A stretch of 50,114 bases of DNA. It comes from an uncultured archaeon. Lineage in GTDB: Archaea > Thermoplasmatota > Penumbrarchaeia > JASLWR01. Location: NCBI GenBank assembly GCA_964430885.1, contig CAYSHM010000008.1:73254-123367 (forward strand). The letters are read 5' to 3'. The position numbers and the translations under genes are program-made. A model generated the notes under the pieces. That model ran no database searches. It saw only the letters and a list, made by a program, of their open reading frames with translations, and was not told the DNA's origin. This document shows, one piece after another, positions 45,116-50,114 of the stretch; position 1 is the first letter of the stretch; every line of letters begins with the position of its first letter.

Positions 45116-48100
45116 TCACAACTCATCTTCCAGTTCATTTAATAGATCGTCGAAATCGTCGTCCTCGAAGAAATCATCTCCGGCTTTTTCCTCCTCAGCA
45201 TCCTCAGCATCCTCGGCTACTTCGGCTTCTTCGGCTTCATCTTCCACCTTAGCTTCTTCGGCTTCCTCTTCCACCTCAGCTTCTTCGGCTTCCTCTTCCA
45301 CCTCAACTTCTTCTGCCTCAGTTTCTTCGGCTTCCTCTTCCACCTCAGCCTCTTCTGCTTCCTCATCCTCACCTAAAAGGCCCTCAAGTTCATCAACTTC
45401 GAAATCGCTGATATCTTCTAATTCTTCCTCTTCCTCTCCGCCACCTTCAAGGTCCTCAAGGTCTTCAACCTCTCCTTCCTCTTCAGCGTCTTCTACGACT
45501 TCTTCGATCTCTTCCTCCCCTTCGAACTCCACACCACAGCCTGAACAGGCTAATGCGGTTTCATCGACCATTGATCCACACTCTGGACACTCGTACTGAA
45601 TAACCTCAATTTCCTCCTCTATCTCCTCCTCGAATTCAGCACCGCAACCTAGACATACCTCATCTGTCTCAGCAACCAAAGCATCGCATTCCGGACATCT
45701 GAACTCAACTATCTCTTCAACTTCCTCATCCGCGAGTTCGCCTATCTCCATTTCCTCATCTATTTCGGAAATGCCTTCTTCCTCAAGAAGTCCGTCCTCA
45801 TCTTCAAGTTCCTCTTCGAGTTCGTCCATTTCCTCCTCTTCCTCCTCCTTTCCTCTCCTGAGGAAAATGATGACAACGATAATGATGAGAATGATCAAAA
45901 CTATGACGATTATAATCCATATGGGGAATCCATCATCATCGTCAGGATCGGCTCCTGCTTTCTCAACATCGACTTTGAAGTTGTGAGTGGCTGAGTTGTT
46001 TGCATCATCGGTCACGGTCAGGGTGACGGTATATCTGCCAGCCTTCTCGAACTTGTAGTTCTTGGCACTGCCAACAAGGTTGACCGAGTTGCCGTCTGGA
46101 TCCACAATTGTCCACACAACATCAAGATCATTATCAAGGTTGTCAGTGATATTTCCTGCATCCAGAGCTATGGTCTCACCCTCATCGATCTTCAATGTAC
46201 CACCCGAGGGTATATCCTTGTCGCCAAATTGAGGTTTGGTTATGACCGGTTCTTCGTTATCCACAATGGTGACAGCTTCAACGGTTATCGTTACTTCAGA
46301 TGTTGCAGTATTTCCTGCTGCATCCTCTACAGTGACCTTAACCGTGAACACACCAGCTGTGTCGAAGGTATAATCAAGGGTAGCACCATAGAATGTGCTG
46401 CTATCAACGAGCCAGGTATAGTTCACTATGCCAACATTGTCATCAGCGGTCACTGCGAAGGCCACAGGTTCGTCCTCGTCCACAGTTTGATTCCCACCTG
46501 TAATCGTGACGATAGGATCAGTAATATCTTTGATGGTTACAAGCACGTAGGTCTCAGCAGTATTTCCCGCTGCATCAGAAATATTCAATGTCACATTGAA
46601 TTCTCCGGGGGTTTCAAAGGTATAGTTCACCACTTCTCCGTAGAAATACATACCGTTGATGGTCCATGTATAATTGATTATACCCAAGTTATCCATACTG
46701 CCTGAAGCATTGAATATTACCATTGTATCTTCATTTGCATATATCGCCAATCCGGCATCAGCTGTTGGTTCTGTAATATCCTGAACCGTTACCGTCAAAT
46801 TATCGGTATGCCAGTTGAAGGCACCGTCACTGACGTTCAGCCAAACCAGATATGTTCCGGCAATATCGAACTTGAAGGTTGCTTCCATTCCATAAAGGGT
46901 TACCAGTGATCCATTATACGTAAAGGACCAGGTATAGGTAAGTATGCCAACATTGTCACCGCTCTGACTTCCGTTGAATGTGACATTCTCATGCTGATCA
47001 ACAACCCGGTCACCTCCCGCATCGGCTACTGGATTTGTAGTATCGGGAACCTCCATGGGGTCCTCATTGGGATTATAAGTATCAAGTACATTTCCCTCAT
47101 CGTCAACTGCATATATATGGTAAGTAAAGAAGGTCGCACTATCCAATATTGTAATATTCGCGATCCAGAAATCAGTTCCCATTAATTTAGCCAAGGCCAT
47201 TGTAGCATTAACCATACCATCCATGGTATAGTTCACCTGAACAGTATCCAAACCTCGGGTATTGGTATTATCGCTAATGGTTATATTGATAATTACCCAT
47301 CCACCAGCTTTGAAAGTGGAAAGGTTTGTATTATCACTGACAAACACAGGTTCGTCATTATCCAAAATAGCAATATTGAATTCAGTTGAATTGAACCAAT
47401 TTCCAGCCGCATCCAATATATGGAACTTGTAATAAACTATGGTTGCATCGGCTTCGATATTCAGTGTCAAGGTGAAATTCATTTCGATATCAAGGGTCAT
47501 CTGCCTATGGGGATTGTCCCAATCGTTGTCAAAAGTGTAGTTGAACCAAACCTCGGCTATAGCAATATTATCGCCAACCTCAACATCGAAAACGAAAGAA
47601 TCGCCTGTGGTCGGGATGCCAGCGGTATTATCAGCTACTAAGGATGGATCATCGTTATCAATCACCAAAACATTGGTGGGCCCAACGGAGATCCATAGAT
47701 TTGCGGAATCGTTTATTGATATTGTATATACAAGGTCACCTACACTGTCCCCTAATGATATAGTGAAGGACCAGTTTTCATCGATTGGATTGTAGATCAA
47801 TGATTCATTGTGATTGATTCCACCATGGGTCCAATTAACATATACTGAATGGATACCTCCATCAATATTATCAATGGCAGAAATAACAATTTCGAAATTA
47901 TCACCAGTTGTTCCCTCCAATTCGCTCCAATCGGCTATGAAAGTGGGGGCGTCATTATCTGTGACATTCCTATAGAATTCACCAGCCATAGTGTAGATGT
48001 TTGAAGTATCATTGATATATATTGTATAAGCCAACTGCTGAATGCTGTGGTTCAATGTTATCATTCCAATCCAAGAATCTCCCACCAAAGTAAGTGACAG

Positions 48101-50114
48101 ATTACCTGAGGAACCTGCATGGGTCCAGTTGACATATACTGTATCAACACCAATATTGTCTGAAGCATTGATAGTGAACCAGAAATCATCTCCTGTGGTC
48201 CCAGTCTCATTGGTATCGTCGGCATCGAAGGTGGGTGCATCGTTATCTGTAACTGCAACCATCTGTTCAGCCTGGCGGATGAAATTACCTGAGGTATCAT
48301 TTACCTGAAGTGAATAAGTCAGATATCCAAGGTTATGATCCAGAGCAATTGTCAAACTCCAGGTGCCGTCACCATCGTCGTTGAGTGCTGCATTGCCACC
48401 CAGTCCTCCGTGGGCCCAGGTCACATTCACACTATCAACAGCTACATTGTCAGATACACTCACGTTGAAAACGAAGTTATCTCCAGTTGTTCCTGCATCA
48501 GGAGAATCATCTGAATCCAGCATGGGATTGTCATCATCAACTATTCCAATGGTTTGGAGGGCACCCTTTACTATGTTGTTAGAAGTATCATTGAACCAGA
48601 TATAGTAGGTCAGATCACCAATAGAGTCATCCAATACTATGGTCAAACTCCAAGTACCGTCACCATCATCGGTCATGGTATCGTTGTCAAACAGTCCTCC
48701 ATGGGTCCAGTTGATATAAACCATATCAATACCTATGTTATCCGAAAGGCTCACATTGAAGACAAAGTTGTCTCCAGTGGTTCCGGCGTTTGGTGAATCA
48801 TCGGAATCAAGGGTCGGGGCATCATTATCTGTAACACCTACAGTCTGCAGACCTCCTTTAACAATATTATTTGATGTATCGTTGAACCAGAGGTAATATG
48901 TGAGATCACCTAGGGAGTCATCCAATACTATGGTCAAACTCCAGGTGCCGTCGCCGTCATCGTTCATAGAATCATTGCCCAGAAGCCCACCGTGGGTCCA
49001 GTTTACATAGACCATATCAACATCGATGTTATCTGATACTGAAACATTGAAGACAAAGTTATCTCCGGTGGTTCCTGCATTTGGTGAATCATCAGAATCA
49101 AGGGTCGGGGGATCATTGTCGCCCATTGTGGCCGTCTGCATGGCGCCCTTGACAATATTATCGGAGGTATCATTGAACCAGATATAGTAAGTGAGATCAA
49201 CCAGGGAATTATCCAGTACAATGGTCAAACTCCAGGTGCCGTCGCCGTCATCAGTCATTGAGTCGTTGCCGGAAAGAGCACCATGGGACCAGTTGGCGTA
49301 GACCATGTCAATACCGATATTATCTGATAGGCTTATATCAAATACAAAATTGTCACCGCTTGTTCCTGAATTGGGTGAGTCATCGGAATCTAACACAGGA
49401 TTGTCGTCATCAGAAATCCCGATTGTTTGAACTGCCTGCTGGATGAAGTTGCCAGAAGTGTCATTGACCCTGATGGAGTAGGTTAGATCACCAAGGTTGT
49501 CATCCAAAACTATGGTCAGACTCCAGGTGCCGTCGCCATCATCGTTCATTGCATCGTTACCGCCCAGACCGCCGTGAGCCCAGGTTACATTTACGCTGTC
49601 TACCGCAATATTATCGGACACGGTCACATCAAAGACAAAATTGTCGCCAGTAGTACCGGAATTGAGTGAATCGTCGGAATCAATAGCAGGGTTATCGTTA
49701 TCAGTTACACCGATGGTCTGAACGGCCTGCTGGAAGAAATTGCCGGAAGTGTCGTTTACCCTGATGGAATAAGTGAGATCGCCAAGATTGTCATCCAATA
49801 CTATGGTCAGGCTCCAGGTGCCGTCACCATCATCATTAAGGGCAACATTTCCGCCCAATCCTCCGTGGGCCCAAGTTACATTGACACTATCAACTGCAAC
49901 ATTATCAGATACAGTGATGTCAAAGACAAAATTGTCTCCGGTGGTTCCAGAATTGGCTGAATCATCGGAATCTAATCCGGGGTTATCGTCATCAGTGACT
50001 CCTATAGTCTGAATCCCTTGCTGGATGAAATTGCCTGAAGTATCGTTTACCCTGATGGTGTAAGTGAGATCGCCAAGATTGTCATCCAATACTATGGTCA
50101 GACTCCAGGTGCCG
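45116..50114 (-). CDS. Partial (5' end off right edge) giant surface protein: 97-aa Ig-like tandem repeats, PKD domains, TM, two cytoplasmic zinc ribbons and Glu-rich tail
   Basis: Frame is open to position 50113. PVADAGGD..FNGSQSGDNVG..YTW (PKD); TM FPIWIIIVIVLIILIIIVVIIFLRRGK; CPEC..CLGC and CPEC..CSGC; EAEEAEVEE repeats. Confidence 0.93.
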   Translation of the reverse strand, partial: GTWSLTIVLDDNLGDLTYTIRVNDTSGNFIQQGIQTIGVTDDDNPGLDSDDSANSGTTGDNFVFDITVSDNVAVDSVNVTWAHGGLGGNVALNDDGDGTWSLTIVLDDNLGDLTYSIRVNDTSGNFFQQAVQTIGVTDNDNPAIDSDDSLNSGTTGDNFVFDVTVSDNIAVDSVNVTWAHGGLGGNDAMNDDGDGTWSLTIVLDDNLGDLTYSIRVNDTSGNFIQQAVQTIGISDDDNPVLDSDDSPNSGTSGDNFVFDISLSDNIGIDMVYANWSHGALSGNDSMTDDGDGTWSLTIVLDNSLVDLTYYIWFNDTSDNIVKGAMQTATMGDNDPPTLDSDDSPNAGTTGDNFVFNVSVSDNIDVDMVYVNWTHGGLLGNDSMNDDGDGTWSLTIVLDDSLGDLTYYLWFNDTSNNIVKGGLQTVGVTDNDAPTLDSDDSPNAGTTGDNFVFNVSLSDNIGIDMVYINWTHGGLFDNDTMTDDGDGTWSLTIVLDDSIGDLTYYIWFNDTSNNIVKGALQTIGIVDDDNPMLDSDDSPDAGTTGDNFVFNVSVSDNVAVDSVNVTWAHGGLGGNAALNDDGDGTWSLTIALDHNLGYLTYSLQVNDTSGNFIRQAEQMVAVTDNDAPTFDADDTNETGTTGDDFWFTINASDNIGVDTVYVNWTHAGSSGNLSLTLVGDSWIGMITLNHSIQQLAYTIYINDTSNIYTMAGEFYRNVTDNDAPTFIADWSELEGTTGDNFEIVISAIDNIDGGIHSVYVNWTHGGINHNESLIYNPIDENWSFTISLGDSVGDLVYTISINDSANLWISVGPTNVLVIDNDDPSLVADNTAGIPTTGDSFVFDVEVGDNIAIAEVWFNYTFDNDWDNPHRQMTLDIEMNFTLTLNIEADATIVYYKFHILDAAGNWFNSTEFNIAILDNDEPVFVSDNTNLSTFKAGGWVIINITISDNTNTRGLDTVQVNYTMDGMVNATMALAKLMGTDFWIANITILDSATFFTYHIYAVDDEGNVLDTYNPNEDPMEVPDTTNPVADAGGDRVVDQHENVTFNGSQSGDNVGILTYTWSFTYNGSLVTLYGMEATFKFDIAGTYLVWLNVSDGAFNWHTDNLTVTVQDITEPTADAGLAIYANEDTMVIFNASGSMDNLGIINYTWTINGMYFYGEVVNYTFETPGEFNVTLNISDAAGNTAETYVLVTIKDITDPIVTITGGNQTVDEDEPVAFAVTADDNVGIVNYTWLVDSSTFYGATLDYTFDTAGVFTVKVTVEDAAGNTATSEVTITVEAVTIVDNEEPVITKPQFGDKDIPSGGTLKIDEGETIALDAGNITDNLDNDLDVVWTIVDPDGNSVNLVGSAKNYKFEKAGRYTVTLTVTDDANNSATHNFKVDVEKAGADPDDDDGFPIWIIIVIVLIILIIIVVIIFLRRGKEEEEEEMDELEEELEDEDGLLEEEGISEIDEEMEIGELADEEVEEIVEFRCPECDALVAETDEVCLGCGAEFEEEIEEEIEVIQYECPECGSMVDETALACSGCGVEFEGEEEIEEVVEDAEEEGEVEDLEDLEGGGEEEEELEDISDFEVDELEGLLGEDEEAEEAEVEEEAEETEAEEVEVEEEAEEAEVEEEAEEAKVEDEAEEAEVAEDAEDAEEEKAGDDFFEDDDFDDLLNELEDEL
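45190..45365 (-). repeat. Imperfect 27-bp coding repeats (EEEAEEAEV) in the acidic tail
   Basis: Recurrent GCTTCTTCGGCTTCCTCTTCCACCTCA units. Confidence 0.75.
48270..50114 (-). repeat. Coding tandem repeat with 291-bp (97-aa) units, at least 6.3 conserved copies, followed by about 4 degenerate copies down to about 47030
   Basis: GTWSL anchor (TCCARG) at 50104, 49813, 49522, 49231, 48940, 48649 and 48358, each exactly 291 bp apart. Confidence 0.95.

Noticed and set aside
1837-50012. Numerous 60-190 aa antisense or overlapping ORFs in the track
   Set aside because: They lie within well-supported genes and show no motifs or SD support; they are typical shadow ORFs.

Overview
Archaeal chromosomal fragment, most consistent with an uncultured Thermoplasmata-like lineage (inferred from gene content: PCNA, Gins15, RpoL, TruD, Dph5, Nop5, OapABC/ArvABC, GGTGA-type SD motifs, and many PKD/Ig-like membrane-anchored proteins). 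About 31 CDSs and one tRNA-Lys(CTT). No CRISPR, rRNA, integrase or transposase was seen. Both window edges fall inside tandem-repeat genes. On the left is a gene missed by the ORF track (GTG at 1516, minus strand) with at least 7 copies of an invariant C4 zinc ribbon, directly downstream of PCNA. On the right is a giant surface protein with 291-bp repeats. The best candidate for an undescribed system is a translationally coupled operon of GNAT + thiolase lacking both catalytic cysteines + DUF35, divergent from a yahEFG/allHFG-like cluster that has no adjacent carbamate kinase. Also notable: a ClC with channel-type substitutions, a membrane-anchored PNGase-like transglutaminase, a gingipain-like lipoprotein, a speD that must start at CTG, and hairpin + U-tract terminators with strand-specific G-U pairs. 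All family calls come from motif recognition by eye, with no database search.
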